Shown here: in pieces, positions 25,701 to 41,000 of the stretch
Layout: every line of letters starts with the position of its first letter
Numbering within the stretch: the stretch's first letter is position 1
Assembly: GCF_964355755.1 (NCBI RefSeq)
Contig: NC_092670.1
Span: 28,012,388-28,076,387 of the forward strand
Source: Antedon mediterranea
Taxonomy: Eukaryota; Animalia; Echinodermata
DNA length: 64,000 nt
Direction of reading: 5' to 3'
Translations under genes and position numbers: made by a program
Notes under the pieces: generated by a model
Told to the model about the DNA's origin: nothing
Seen by the model: the letters and a program-made list of their open reading frames with translations, nothing else
Databases searched by the model: none

Positions 25701-28700
25701 TTGTGTGAATAATTTTTGTCAAAATGCTCAAAATGGTCAAAAACGTTTTTAAATACTATATTAAGCTATTTTGTGTTCTTTGATGTTTTTATGTGAAAAG
25801 TTTTATCGAAATGCTCAAAATGGTCTAAAACGGTTTCTAATGTGATTTTAAGAACTTTGATGTTTTTATGTTAAAAACTTTTTTAGAAAATCACAAAATG
25901 GTCTAAAACGTCTCCAAATGCGATTTGAAGCAATTCTAAGCACTTTGGTGTTTTTATGTTAACACGTTTTTTCGAAAATCACAAAATGGTCTACAACGTC
26001 TCCAAATGCGATTTGAAGCTATTCTAAGCACTTTGGTGTTTTTATGTTAACAAGTTTTTTCGAAAATCACAAAGTGGTATAAAACGTCTCCAAATGCGAT
26101 TTTAATGTATTCTAAGCACTTTGGTGTTTTTATGTTAACAAGTTTTTTCGAAAATCACAAAATGGTCTAAAACGTCTCCAAATGTGATTTGAAGCTATTC
26201 TAAACACTTTGGTGTTTTTATGTTAACAAGTTTTTTCGAAAATCACAAATTGGTCTAAAACGTCTCCAAATGCGATTTGAAGCTATTTTAAGCACTTTGG
26301 TGTTTTTGTGTAACCAAGTTTTTTCGAAAATCACAAAAGGGTCTAAAATGTCTCAAAATGCGATTTGAAGCTATTCTGTACACTTTGATGTTTTTATGTT
26401 AACAACTTTTTTAGAAAATCACAAAATGGTCTAAAACGTCTCCAAATGCGATTTGAAGCAATTCTAAGCACTTTGGTGTTTTTATGGTAACGAGTTTTTT
26501 TGAATATCACAAAATGGTCTAAAATGTCTCCAAATGCGATTTGAAGCTTTTCTAAGCACGTTGGTGTTTTTATGTTTACAAGTTTTTTCGAAAATCACAA
26601 AATGGTCTAAAACGGCTCCAAATACGATTTGAAGCTATTCTAAGCACTTTGGTGTTTTTATGTTAACAAGTTTTTTCGAAAATCACAAAATGGTCTAAAA
26701 CGTCTCCAAATGCGATTTGAAGCTATTCTAAGCACTTTGGTGTTTTTATGTTAACAAGTTTTTTCGAAAATCACAAAATGGTGTAAAACGTCTCCAAATG
26801 CGATTTGAAGCTATTCTAAGCAATTTTGTGTTTTTATGTTAACAAGTTTTTTCGAAAATCACAAAATGGTCTAAAACGTCTCCAAATGCGATTTGAAGCT
26901 ATTCTAAGCACTTTTGTGTTTTTATGTTAACAAGTTTTTTCGAAAATCACAAAATGGTCTAAAATGTCTCAAAATGCGATTTGAAGCTATTCTGTACACT
27001 TTGCTGTTTTGTGTGAATAATTTTTGTCAAAATGCTCAAAATGGTCAAAAACGTTTTTAAATACTATATTAAGCTATTTTGTGTTCTTTGATGTTTTTGT
27101 GTGAAAAGTTTTTTCGAAATGCTCAAAATGGTCTAAAACGGTTTCTAATGTGATTTTAAGCACTTTGATGTTTTTATGTTAACAACTTTTTTAGAAAATT
27201 ACAAAATGGTCTAAAACGTCTCCAAATGCAATTTGAAGCAATTCTAAGCACTTTGGTGTTTTTATGTTAACAAGTTTTTTCGAAAATCACAAAATGGTCT
27301 AAAACGTCTCCAAATGCTATTTGAAGCTATTCTGTACACTTTGCTGTTTTGTGTGAATAATTTTTGTTGAAATGCTCAAAATGGTCAAAAACGTTTTTAA
27401 ATACGATATTAAGCTATTTTGTGCTCTTTGATGTTTTTGTGTGAAAAGTTTTATCGAAATGCTCAAAATGGTCTAAAACGGTTTCTAATGTGATTTTAAG
27501 CACTTTGGTGTTTTTATGTTAACAAGTTTTTTCGAAAATCACAAAATGGTCTAAAATATCTCCAAATGCGATTTGAAGCTTTTCTAAGCACTTTGGTGTT
27601 TTTATGTTAACAAGTTTTTTCGAAAATCACAAAATGGTCTAAAACGTCTCCAAATGTGATTTGAAGCTATTCTAAACACTTTGGTGTTTTTATGTTAACA
27701 AGTTTTTTCGAAAATCACAAATTGGTCTAAAACGTCTCCAAATGCGATTTTAAGCAATTCTAAGCACTTTGGTGTTTTTATGTTAAAAAGTTTTTTTCGA
27801 AAATCACAAAATGGTCTAAAACCTCTCCAAATGCGATTTGAAGCTATTCTGTACACTTTGCTGTTTTGTGTGAATAATTTTTGTCGAAATGCTCAAAATG
27901 GTCAAAAACGTTTTTAAATACGATATTAAGCTATTTTGTGCTCTTTGATGTTTTTGTGTGAAAAGTTTTATCGAAATGCTCAAAATGGTCTAAAACGGTT
28001 TCTAATGTGATTTTAAGCACTTTGGTGTTTTTATGTTAACAAGTTTTTTCGAAAATCACAAAATGGTCTAAAACGTCTCCAAATGTGATTTGAAGCTATT
28101 TTAAACACTTTGGTGTTTTTATGTTAATAAGTTTTTTCGAAAATCACAAATTGGTCTAAAACGTCTCCAAATGCGATTTGAAGCTTTTCTAAGCACTTTG
28201 GTGTTTTTATGGTAACGAGTTATTTCGAAAATCACAAAATGGTCTAAAACGTCTCCAAATGCGATTTGAAGCTATTCTGTACACTTTGCTGTTTTGTGTG
28301 AATAATTTTTGTCAAAATGCTCAAAATGGTCAAAAACGTTTTTAAATACTATATTAAGCTATTTTGTGTTCTTTGATGTTTTTATGTGAAAAGTTTTATC
28401 GAAATGCTCAAAATGGTCTAAAACGGTTTCTAATGTGATTTTAAGAACTTTGATGTTTTTATGTTAAAAACTTTTTTAGAAAATCACAAAATGGTCTAAA
28501 ACGTCTCCAAATGCGATTTGAAGCAATTCTAAGCACTTTGGTGTTTTTATGTTAACACTTTTTTTCGAAAATCACAAAATGGTCTACAACGTCTCCAAAT
28601 GCGATTTGAAGATATTCTAAGCACTTTGGTGTTTTTATGTTAACAAGTTTTTTCGAAAATCACAAAGTGGTATAAAACGTCTCCAAATGCGATTTTAAGG

Positions 28701-31700
28701 TATTCTAAGCACTTTGGTGTTTTTATGTTAACAAGTTTTTTAGAAAATCACAAAATGGTCTAAAACGTCTCCAAATGCGATTTGAAGCAATTCTAAGCAC
28801 TTTGGTGTTTTTATGGTAACGAGTTTTTTTGAATATCACAAAATGGTCTAAAATGTCTCCAAATGCGATTTGAAGCTTTTCTAAGCACTTTGGTGTTTTT
28901 ATGTTAACAAGTTTTTTCGAAAATCACAAAATGGTCTAAAACGTCTCCAAATGCGATTTGAAGCTATTCTGTACACTTTGCTGTTTTGTGTGAATAATTT
29001 TTGTCGAAATGCTCAAAATGGTCAAAAACGTTTTTAAATACGATATTAAGCTATTTTGTGCTCTTTGATGTTTTTGTGTGAAAAGTTTTATCGAAATGCT
29101 CAAAATGGTCTAAAACGGTTTCTAATGTGATTTTAAGCACTTTGATGTTTTTATGTTAACAACTTTTTTAGAAAATCACAAAATGGTCTAAAACGTCTCC
29201 AAATGCGATTTGAAGCTTTTCTAAGCACTTTTGTGTTTTTATGTTTACAAGTTTTTTCGAAAATCACAAAATGGTCTAAAACGGCTCCAAATACGATTTG
29301 AAGCTATTCTAAGCACTTTGGTGTTTTTATGTTAACAAGTTTTTTCGAAAATCACAAAATGGTCTAAAACGTCTCCAAATGCGATTTGAAGCTATTCTAA
29401 GCACTTTGGTGTTTTTATGTTAACAAGTTTTTTCGAAAATCACAAAATGGTGTAAAACGTCTCCAAATGCGATTTGAAGCTATTCTAAGCAATTTTGTGT
29501 TTTTATGTTAACAAGTTTTTTCGAAAATCACAAAATGGTCTAAAACGTCTCCAAATGCGATTTGAAGCTATTCTAAGCACTTTTGTGTTTTTATGTTAAC
29601 AAGTTTTTTCGAAAATCACAAAATTGTCTAAAATGTCTCAAAATGCGATTTGAAGCTATTCTTTACACTTTGCTGTTTTGTGTGAATAATTTTTGTCAAA
29701 ATGCTCAAAATGGTCAAAAACGTTTTTAAATACTATATTAAGCTATTTTGTGTTCTTTGATGTTTTTGTGTGAAAAGTTTTTTCGAAATGCTCAAAATGG
29801 TCTAAAACGGTTTCTAATGTGATTTTAAGCACTTTGATGTTTTTATGTTAACAACTTTTTTAGAAAATTACAAAATGGTCTAAAACGTCTCCAAATGCGA
29901 TTTGAAGCAATTCTAAGCACTTTGGTGTTTTTATGTTAACAAGTTTTTTCGAAAATCACAAAATGGTCTAAAACGTCTCCAAATGCGATTTGAAGCTATT
30001 CTGTACACTTTGCTGTTTTGTGTGAATAATTTTTGTTGAAATGCTCAAAATGGTCAAAAACGTTTTTAAATACGATATTAAGCTATTTTGTGCTCTTTGA
30101 TGTTTTTGTGTGAAAAGTTTTATCGAAATGCTCAAAATGGTCTAAAACGGTTTCTAATGTGATTTTAAGCACTTTGGTGTTTTTATGTTAACAAGTTTTT
30201 TCGAAAATCACAAAATGGTCTAAAATGTCTCCAAATGCGATTTGAAGCTTTTCTAAGCACTTTGGTGTTTTTATGTTAACAAGTTTTTTCGAAAATCACA
30301 AAATGGTCTAAAACGTCTCCAAATGTGATTTGAAGCTATTCTAAACACTTTGGTGTTTTTATGTTAACAAGTTTTTTCGAAAATCACAAATTGGTCTAAA
30401 ACGTCTCCAAATGCGATTTGAAGCTATTTTAAGCACTTTGGTGTTTTTGTGTAACCAAGTTTTTTCGAAAATCACAAAAGGGTCTAAAATGTCTCAAAAT
30501 GCGATTTGAAGCTATTCTGTACACTTTGATGTTTTTTTGTTAACAAGTTTTTTCGAAAGTCACAAAATGGTCTAAAAAGTCTCCAAATGCGATTTGAAGC
30601 TATTCTAAGCACTTTGGTGTTTTTATGTTAACAAGTTTTATCGAAAATCACAAAATGGTGTAAAACGTCTCCAAATGCGATTTGAAGCTATTCTAAGCAC
30701 TTTGGTGTTTTTATGTTAACAAGTTTTTTCGAAAATCACAAAATGGTGTAAAACGTCTCCAAATGCGATTTTAAGCTATTCTAAGCAATTTGGTGTTTTT
30801 ATGTTAACAAGTTTTTTCGAAAATCACAAAATGGTCTAAAACGTCTCCAAATGCGATTTGAAGCTATTCTGTACACTTTGCTGTTTTGTGAGAATAATTT
30901 TTGTCGAAATGCTCAAAATGGTCAAAAACGTTTTTAAATACGATATTAAGCTATTTTGTGCTCTTTGATGTTTTTGTGTGAAAAGTTTTATCGAAATGCT
31001 CAAAATGGTCTAAAACGGTTTCTAATGTGATTTTAAGCACTTTGATGTTTTTATGTTAACAACTTTTTTAGAAAATTACAAAATGGTGTAAAACGTCTCC
31101 AAATGCGATTTGAAGCTATTCTAAGCAATTTCGTGTTTTTATGTTAACAAGTTTTTTCGAAAATCACAAAATGGTCTAAAACGTCTCCAAATGCGATTTG
31201 AAGCTATTCTAAGCACTTTTGTGTTTTTATGTTAACAAGTTTTTTCGAAAATCACAAAATGGTCTAAAATGTCTCCAAATGCGATTTTAAGGTATTCTAA
31301 GCACTTTGGTGTTTTTATGTTAACAAGTTTTTTCGAAAATCACAAAATGGTCTAAAACGTCTACAAATGCGATTTGAAGCTCTTCTAAGCACTTTGGTGT
31401 TTTTATGTTAACAAGTTTTTTCGAAAATCACAAAATGGTATAAAACGTCTCCAAATGCGATTTGAAGATTTTCTAAGCACTTTGGTGTTTTTATGTTTAC
31501 AAGTTTTTTCGAAAATCACAAAATGGTCTAAAACGTCTCCAAATGCGATTTGAAGCTATTCTGTACACTTTGCTGTTTTGTGTGAATAATTTTGTCAAAA
31601 TGCTCAAAATGGTCAAAAACGTTTTTAAAAACTATATTAAGCTATTTTGTGTTCTTTGATGTTTTTGTGTGAAAAGTTTTATCGAAATGCTCAAAATGGT

Positions 31701-34700
31701 CTAAAACGGTTTCTAATGAAATGATTTTAAGAACTTTGATGTTTTTATGTTAACAACTTTTTTAGAAAATCACAAAATGGTCTAAAACGTCTCCAAATGC
31801 GATTTGAAGCAATTCTAAGCACTTTGGTGTTTTTATGTTAACAAGTTTTTTCGAAAATCACAAAATGGTATAAAACGTCTCCAAATGCGATTTTAAGGTA
31901 TTCTAAGCACTTTGGTGATTTTATGTTAACAAGTTTTTTCGAAAATCACAAAATGGTCTAAAACGTCTACAAATGCGATTTGAAGCTATTCTAAGCACTT
32001 TGGTGTTTTTATGTTAACAAGTTTTTTCGAAAATCACAAAATGGTTTAAAACGTCTCCAAATGCGATTTTAAGCTATTCTAAGCAATTTGGTGTTTTTAT
32101 GTTAACAAGTTTTTTCGAAAATCACAAAATGGTCGAAAATGTCACAAAATGCGATTTGAAGCTATTCTAAGCACTTTGGTGTTATTATGTTAACAAGTTT
32201 TTTCGAAAATCACAAATTGGTCTAAAACGTCTCCAAATGCGATTTGAAGCTATTTTAAGCACTTTGGTGTTTTTGTGTAACCAAGTTTTTTCGAAAATCA
32301 CAAAAGGGTCTAAAATGTCTCAAAATGCGATTTGAAGCTATTCTGTACACTTTGATGTTTTTTTGTTAACAAGTTTTTTCGAAAGTCACAAAATGGTCTA
32401 AAACGTCTCCAAATGCGATTTGAAGCTATTCTAAGCACTTTGGTGTTTTTATGTTAACAAGTTTTTTCGAAAATCACAAAATGGTGTAAAACGTCTCCAA
32501 ATGCGATTTGAAGCTATTCTAAGCACTTTGGTGTTTTTATGTTAACAAGTTTTTTCGAAAATCACAAAATGGTGTAAAACTTCTCCAAATACGATTTTAA
32601 GCTATTCTAAGCAATTTGGTGTTTTTATGTTAACAAGTTTTTTCGAAAATCACAAAATGGTCTAAAACGTCTCCAAATGCGATTTGAAGCTATTCTGTAC
32701 ACTTTGCTGTTTTGTGTGAATAATTTTTGTTGAAATGCTCAAAATGGTCAAAAACGTTTTTAAATACTATATTAAGCTATTTTGTGTTCTTTGATGTTTT
32801 TGTGTGAAAAGTTTTATCGAAATGCTCAAAATGGTCTAAAACAGTTTCTAATGTGATTTTAAGCACTTTGATGTTTTTATGTTAACAACTTTTTTAGAAA
32901 ATCACAAAATGGTCTAAAACGTCTCCAAATGCGATTTGAAGCAATTCTAAGCACTTTGGTGCTTTTATGTTAACAAGTTTTTTCGAAAATCACAAAATGG
33001 TATAAAACGTCTCCAAATGCGATTTGAAGCAATTCTAAGCACTTTGGTGTTTTTATGTTAACAAGTTTTTTCGAAAATCACAAAATGGTATAAAACGTCT
33101 CCAAATGCGATTTTAAGGTATTCTAAGCACTTTGGTGTTTTTATGTTAACAAGTTTTTTCGAAAATCACAAAATGGTCTAAAACGTCTCCAAATGCGATT
33201 TGAAGCTATTCTGTACACTTTGCTGTTTTGTGTGAATAATTTTTGTCGAAATGCTCAAAATGGTCAAAAACGTTTTTAAATACGATATTAAGCTATTTTG
33301 TGCTCTTTGATGTTTTTGTGTGAAAAGTTTTATCGAAATGCTCAAAATGGTCTAAAACGGTTTCTAATGTGATTTTAAGCACTTTGATGTTTTTATGTTA
33401 ACAACTTTTTTAGAAAATCACAAAATGGTCTAAAACGTCTCCAAATGCGATTTGAAGCAATTCTAAGCACTTTGGTGTTTTTATGGTAACGAGTTTTTTT
33501 GAATATCACAAAATGGTCTAAAACGTCTCCAAATGCGATTTGAAGCTATTCTAAGCACTTTGGTGTTTTTATGTTAACAAGTTTTTTCGAAAATCACAAA
33601 ATGGTGTAAAACGTCTCCAAATGCGATTTGAAGCTATTCTAAGCACTTTGGTGTTATTATGTTAACAAGTTTTTTCGAAAATCACAAATTGGTCTAAAAC
33701 GTCTCCAAATGCGATTTGAAGCTATTTTAAGCACTTTGGTGTTTTTGTGTAACCAAGTTTTTTCGAAAATCACAAAAGGGTCTAAAATGTCTCAAAATGC
33801 GATTTGAAGCTTTTCTGTACACTTTGATGTTTTTTTGTTAACATGTCTCAAAATGCGATTTGAAGCTATTCTGTACACTTTGATGTTTTTTTGTTAACAA
33901 GTTTTTTCGAAAGTCACAAAATGGTCTAAAACGTCTCCAAATGCGATTTGAAGCTATTCTAAGCACTTTGGTGTTTTTATGTTAACAAGTTTTTTCGAAA
34001 ATCACAAAATGGTGTAAAACGTCTCCAAATGCGATTTGAAGCTATTCTAAGCACTTTGGTGTTTTTATGTTAACAAGTTTTTTCGAAAATCACAAAATGG
34101 TGTAAAACTTCTCCAAATACGATTTTAAGCTATTCTAAGCAATTTGGTGTTTTTATGTTAACAAGTTTTTTCGAAAATCACAAAATGGTCTAAAACGTCT
34201 CCAAATGCGATTTGAAGCTATTCTGTACACTTTGCTGTTTTGTGTGAATAATTTTTGTCAAAATGCTCAAAATGGTCAAAAACGTTTTTAAATACTATAT
34301 TAAGCTATTTTGTGTTCTTTGATGTTTTTGTGTGAAAAGTTTTATCGAAATGCTCAAAATGGTCTAAAACGGTTTCTAATGAAATGATTTTAAGAACTTT
34401 GATGTTTTTATGTTAACAACTTTTTTAGAAAATCACAAAATGGTCTAAAACGTCTCCAAATGCGATTTGAAGCAATTCTAAGCACTTTGGTGTTTTTATG
34501 TTAACAAGTTTTTTCGAAAATCACAAAATGGTATAAAACGTCTCCAAATGCGATTTTAAGGTATTCTAAGCACTTTGGTGTTTTTATGTTAACAAGTTTT
34601 TTCGAAAATCACAAAATGGTCTAAAACGTCTACAAATGCGATTTGAAGCTATTGTAAGCACTTTGGTGTTTTTATGTTAACAAGTTTTTTCGAAAATCAC

Positions 34701-35094
34701 AAAATGGTCTAAAACGTCTCCAAATGCGATTTGAAGCTATTCTGTACACTTTGCTGTTTTGTGTGAATAATTTTTGTCGAAATGCTCAAAGTGGTCAAAA
34801 ACGTTTTTAAATACGATATTAAGCTATTTTGTGCTCTTTGATGTTTTTGTGTGAAAAGTTTTATCGAAATGCTCAAAATGGTCTAAAACGGTTTCTAATG
34901 TGATTTTAAGCACTTTGATGTTTTTATGTTAACAACTTTTTTAGAAAATCACAAAATGGTCTAAAACGTCTCCAAATGCGATTTGAAGTAATTCTAAGCA
35001 CTTTGGTGTTTTTATGGTAACGAGTTTTTTTGAATATCACAAAATGGTCTAAAATTTCTCCAAATGCGATTTGAAGCTTTTCTAAGCACTTTAG
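22762..35094. repeat. Higher-order block type b (12,333 bp), copy 1; second copy at ~46248-58580
   Basis: GCTAGTTT 23351 to 35684 and GGTCTACAAC 25994 to 38327 both give 12,333. Block b shares its first ~8.4 kb with block a and has a different tail. Confidence 0.85.
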
Positions 35095-38000
35095 TGTTTT
35101 TATGGTAACGAGTTATTTCGAAAATCACAAAATGGTCTAAAACGTCTCCAAATGCGATTTGAAGCTATTCTGTACACTTTGCTGTTTTGTGTGAATATTT
35201 TTTGTCAAAATGCTCAAAATGGTCAAAAACGTTTTTTAATACTATATTAAGCTATTTTGTGCTCTTTGATGTTTTTGTGTGAAAAGTTTTATCGAAATGC
35301 TCAAAATGGTCTAAAACGGTTTCTAATGTGATTTTAAGCACTTTGATGTTTTTATGTTAACAACTTTTTTAGAAAATTACAAAATGGTGTAAAACGTCTC
35401 CAAATGCGATTTGAAGCTATTCTAAGCACTTTGGTGTTTTTATGGTAACGAGTTTTTTTGAATATCACAAAATGGTCTAAAATGTCTCCAAATGCGATTT
35501 GAAGCTTTTCTAAGCACTTTGGTGTTTTTATGTTAACAAGTTTTTTCGAAAATCACAAAATGGTCTAAAACGTCTCCAAATGTGATTTGAAGCTATTCTA
35601 AACACTTTGGTGTTTTTATGTTAACAAGTTTTTTCGAAAATCACAAATTGGTCTAAAACGTCTCCAAATGCGATTTGAAGCTAGTTTAAGCACTTTGGTG
35701 TTTTTGTGTAACCAAGTTTTTTCGAAAATCACAAAAGGGTCTAAAATGTCTCAAAATGCGATTTGAAGCTATTCTGTACACTTTGATGTTTTTTTTGTTA
35801 ACAAGTTTTTTCGAAAGTCACAAAATGGTCTAAAACGTCTCCAAATGCGATTTGAAGCTATTCTAAGCACTTTGGTGTTTTTATGTTAACAAGTTTTTTC
35901 GAAAATCACAAAATGGTGTAAAACGTCTCCAAATGCGATTTGAAGCTATTCTAAGCAATTTGGTGTTTTTATGTTAACAAGTTTTTTCGAAAATCACAAA
36001 ATGGTGTAAAACGTCTCCAAATGCGATTTTAAGCTATTCTAAGCAATTTGGTGTTCTTTTATGTTAACAAGTTTTTTCGAAAATCACAAAATGGTCTAAA
36101 ACGTCTCCAAATGCGATTTGAAGCTATTCTGTACACTTTGCTGTTTTGTGAGAATAATTTTTGTCGAAATGCTCAAAATGGTCAAAAACGTTTTTAAATA
36201 CGATATTAAGCTATTTTGTGCTCTTTGATGTTTTTGTGTGAAAAGTTTTATCGAAATGCTCAAAATGGTCTAAAACGGTTTCTAATGTGATTTTAAGCAC
36301 TTTGGTGTTTTTATGTTAACAAGTTTTTTCGAAAATCACAAAATGGTCTAAAACGTCTCCAAATGTGATTTGAAGCTATTCTAAACACTTTGGTGTTTTT
36401 ATGTTAACAAGTTTTTTCGAAAATCACAAATTGGTCTAAAACGTCTCCAAATGCGATTTGAAGCTATTTTAAGCACTTTGGTGTTTTTGTGTAACCAAGT
36501 TTTTTCGAAAATCACAAAAGGGTCTAAAATGTCTCAAAATGCGATTTGAAGCTATTCTGTACACTTTGATGTTTTTTTGTTAACAAGTTTTTTCGAAAGT
36601 CACAAAATGGTCTAAAACGTCTCCAAATGCGATTTGAAGCTATTCTAAGCACTTTGCTGTTTTGTGTGAATAATTTTTGTCGAAATGCTCAAAATGGTCA
36701 AAAACGTTTTTAAATACGATATTAAGCTATTTTGTGCTCTTTGAAGTTTTTGTGTGAAAAGTTTTATCGAAATGCTAAAAATGGTCTAAAACGGTTTCTA
36801 ATGTGATTTTAAGCACTTTGATGTTTTTATGTTAACAACTTTTTTAGAAAATCACAAAATGGTCTAAAACGTCTCCAAATGCGATTTGAAGCAATTCTAA
36901 GCACTTTGGTGTTTTTATGGTAACGAGTTTTTTTGAATATCACAAAATGGTCTAAAATGTCTCCAAATGCGATTTGAAGCTTTTCTAAGCACATTGGTGT
37001 TTTTATGTTAACAAGTTTTTTCGAAAATCACAAAATGGTCTAAAACGTCTCCAAATGCGATTTGAAGCTATTCTGTACACTTTGCTGTTTTGTGTGAATA
37101 ATTTTTGTCGAAATGCTCAAAATGGTCAAAAACGTTTTTAAATACGATATTAAGCTATTTTGTGCTCTTTTATGTTTTTGTGTGAAAAGTTTTATCGAAA
37201 TGCTCAAAATGGTCTAAAACGGTTTCTAATGTGATTTTAAGCACTTTGATGTTTTTATGTTAACAACTTTTTTAGAAAATCACAAAATGGTCTAAAACGT
37301 CTCCAAATGCGATTTGAAGCAATTCTAAGCACTTTGGTGTTTTTATGGTAACGAGTTTTTTTGAATATCACAAAATGGTCTAAAATGTCTCCAAATGCGA
37401 TTTGAAGCTTTTCTAAGCACTTTGGTGTTTTTATGGTAACGAGTTATTTCGAAAATCACAAAATGGTCTAAAACGTCTCCAAATGCGATTTGAAGCTATT
37501 CTGTACACTTTGCTGTTTTGTGTGAATAATTTTTGTCAAAATGCTCAAAATGGTCAAAAACGTTTTTAAATACTATATTAAGCTATTTTGTGCTCTTTGA
37601 TGTTTTTGTGTGAAAAGTTTTATCGAAATGCTCAAAATGGTCTAAAACGGTTTCTAATGTGATTTTAAGCACTTTGATGTTTTTATGTTAACAACTTTTT
37701 TAGAAAATTACAAATTGGTGTAAAACGTCTCCAAATGCGATTTGAAGCTATTCTAAGCAATTTGGTGTTTTTATGTTAACAAGTTTTTTCGAAAATCACA
37801 AAATGGTCTAAAACGTCTCCAAATGCGATTTGAAGCTATTCTAAGCACTTTTGTGTTTTTATGTTAACAAGTTTTTTCGAAAATCACAAAATGGTCTAAA
37901 ATGTCTCCAAATGCGATTTGAAGCTTTTCTAAGCACTTTTGTGTTTTTATGTTTACAAGTTTTTTCGAAAATCACAAAATGGTCTAAAACGTCTCCAAAT

Positions 38001-41000
38001 GCGATTTGAAGCTATTCTGTACACTTTGCTGTTTTGTGTGAATAATTTTTGTCAAAATGCTCAAAATGGTCAAAAACGTTTTTAAATACTATATTAAGCT
38101 ATTTTGTGTTCTTTGATGTTTTTATGTGAAAAGTTTTATCGAAATGCTCAAAATGGTCTAAAACGGTTTCTAATGTGATTTTAAGAACTTTGATGTTTTT
38201 ATGTTAAAAACTTTTTTAGAAAATCACAAAATGGTCTAAAACGTCTCCAAATGCGATTTGAAGCAATTCTAAGCACTTTGGTGTTTTTATGTTAACACGT
38301 TTTTTCGAAAATCACAAAATGGTCTACAACGTCTCCAAATGCGATTTGAAGCTATTCTAAGCACTTTGGTGTTTTTATGTTAACAAGTTTTTTCGAAAAT
38401 CACAAAGTGGTATAAAACGTCTCCAAATGCGATTTTAATGTATTCTAAGCACTTTGGTGTTTTTATGTTAACAAGTTTTTTCGAAAATCACAAAATGGTC
38501 TAAAACGTCTCCAAATGTGATTTGAAGCTATTCTAAACACTTTGGTGTTTTTATGTTAACAAGTTTTTTCGAAAATCACAAATTGGTCTAAAACGTCTCC
38601 AAATGCGATTTGAAGCTATTTTAAGCACTTTGGTGTTTTTGTGTAACCAAGTTTTTTCGAAAATCACAAAAGGGTCTAAAATGTCTCAAAATGCGATTTG
38701 AAGCTATTCTGTACACTTTGATGTTTTTATGTTAACAACTTTTTTAGAAAATCACAAAATGGTCTAAAACGTCTCCAAATGCGATTTGAAGCAATTCTAA
38801 GCACTTTGGTGTTTTTATGGTAACGAGTTTTTTTGAATATCACAAAATGGTCTAAAATGTCTCCAAATGCGATTTGAAGCTTTTCTAAGCACGTTGGTGT
38901 TTTTATGTTTACAAGTTTTTTCGAAAATCACAAAATGGTCTAAAACGGCTCCAAATACGATTTGAAGCTATTCTAAGCACTTTGGTGTTTTTATGTTAAC
39001 AAGTTTTTTCGAAAATCACAAAATGGTCTAAAACGTCTCCAAATGCGATTTGAAGCTATTCTAAGCACTTTGGTGTTTTTATGTTAACAAGTTTTTTCGA
39101 AAATCACAAAATGGTGTAAAACGTCTCCAAATGCGATTTGAAGCTATTCTAAGCAATTTTGTGTTTTTATGTTAACAAGTTTTTTCGAAAATCACAAAAT
39201 GGTCTAAAACGTCTCCAAATGCGATTTGAAGCTATTCTAAGCACTTTTGTGTTTTTATGTTAACAAGTTTTTTCGAAAATCACAAAATGGTCTAAAATGT
39301 CTCAAAATGCGATTTGAAGCTATTCTGTACACTTTGCTGTTTTGTGTGAATAATTTTTGTCAAAATGCTCAAAATGGTCAAAAACGTTTTTAAATACTAT
39401 ATTAAGCTATTTTGTGTTCTTTGATGTTTTTGTGTGAAAAGTTTTTTCGAAATGCTCAAAATGGTCTAAAACGGTTTCTAATGTGATTTTAAGCACTTTG
39501 ATGTTTTTATGTTAACAACTTTTTTAGAAAATTACAAAATGGTCTAAAACGTCTCCAAATGCAATTTGAAGCAATTCTAAGCACTTTGGTGTTTTTATGT
39601 TAACAAGTTTTTTCGAAAATCACAAAATGGTCTAAAACGTCTCCAAATGCTATTTGAAGCTATTCTGTACACTTTGCTGTTTTGTGTGAATAATTTTTGT
39701 TGAAATGCTCAAAATGGTCAAAAACGTTTTTAAATACGATATTAAGCTATTTTGTGCTCTTTGATGTTTTTGTGTGAAAAGTTTTATCGAAATGCTCAAA
39801 ATGGTCTAAAACGGTTTCTAATGTGATTTTAAGCACTTTGGTGTTTTTATGTTAACAAGTTTTTTCGAAAATCACAAAATGGTCTAAAATATCTCCAAAT
39901 GCGATTTGAAGCTTTTCTAAGCACTTTGGTGTTTTTATGTTAACAAGTTTTTTCGAAAATCACAAAATGGTCTAAAACGTCTCCAAATGTGATTTGAAGC
40001 TATTCTAAACACTTTGGTGTTTTTATGTTAACAAGTTTTTTCGAAAATCACAAATTGGTCTAAAACGTCTCCAAATGCGATTTTAAGCAATTCTAAGCAC
40101 TTTGGTGTTTTTATGTTAAAAAGTTTTTTTCGAAAATCACAAAATGGTCTAAAACCTCTCCAAATGCGATTTGAAGCTATTCTGTACACTTTGCTGTTTT
40201 GTGTGAATAATTTTTGTCGAAATGCTCAAAATGGTCAAAAACGTTTTTAAATACGATATTAAGCTATTTTGTGCTCTTTGATGTTTTTGTGTGAAAAGTT
40301 TTATCGAAATGCTCAAAATGGTCTAAAACGGTTTCTAATGTGATTTTAAGCACTTTGGTGTTTTTATGTTAACAAGTTTTTTCGAAAATCACAAAATGGT
40401 CTAAAACGTCTCCAAATGTGATTTGAAGCTATTTTAAACACTTTGGTGTTTTTATGTTAATAAGTTTTTTCGAAAATCACAAATTGGTCTAAAACGTCTC
40501 CAAATGCGATTTGAAGCTTTTCTAAGCACTTTGGTTTTTTTATGGTAACGAGTTATTTCGAAAATCACAAAATGGTCTAAAACGTCTCCAAATGCGATTT
40601 GAAGCTATTCTGTACACTTTGCTGTTTTGTGTGAATAATTTTTGTCAAAATGCTCAAAATGGTCAAAAACGTTTTTAAATACTATATTAAGCTATTTTGT
40701 GTTCTTTGATGTTTTTATGTGAAAAGTTTTATCGAAATGCTCAAAATGGTCTAAAACGGTTTCTAATGTGATTTTAAGAACTTTGATGTTTTTATGTTAA
40801 AAACTTTTTTAGAAAATCACAAAATGGTCTAAAACGTCTCCAAATGCGATTTGAAGCAATTCTAAGCACTTTGGTGTTTTTATGTTAACACGTTTTTTCG
40901 AAAATCACAAAATGGTCTACAACGTCTCCAAATGCGATTTGAAGATATTCTAAGCACTTTGGTGTTTTTATGTTAACAAGTTTTTTCGAAAATCACAAAG

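Larger units (their letters stand above)
9050..32535. repeat. 23.5-kb super-repeat, copy 1 (left edge approximate)
   Basis: Rare markers recur at +23,485/23,486: AAAACAGTTTC at 9358/32843/56329, the 56-bp duplication junction at 10357/33842/57328, and GGTCTACAAC at 14841/38327 and 25994/49480. Confidence 0.9.
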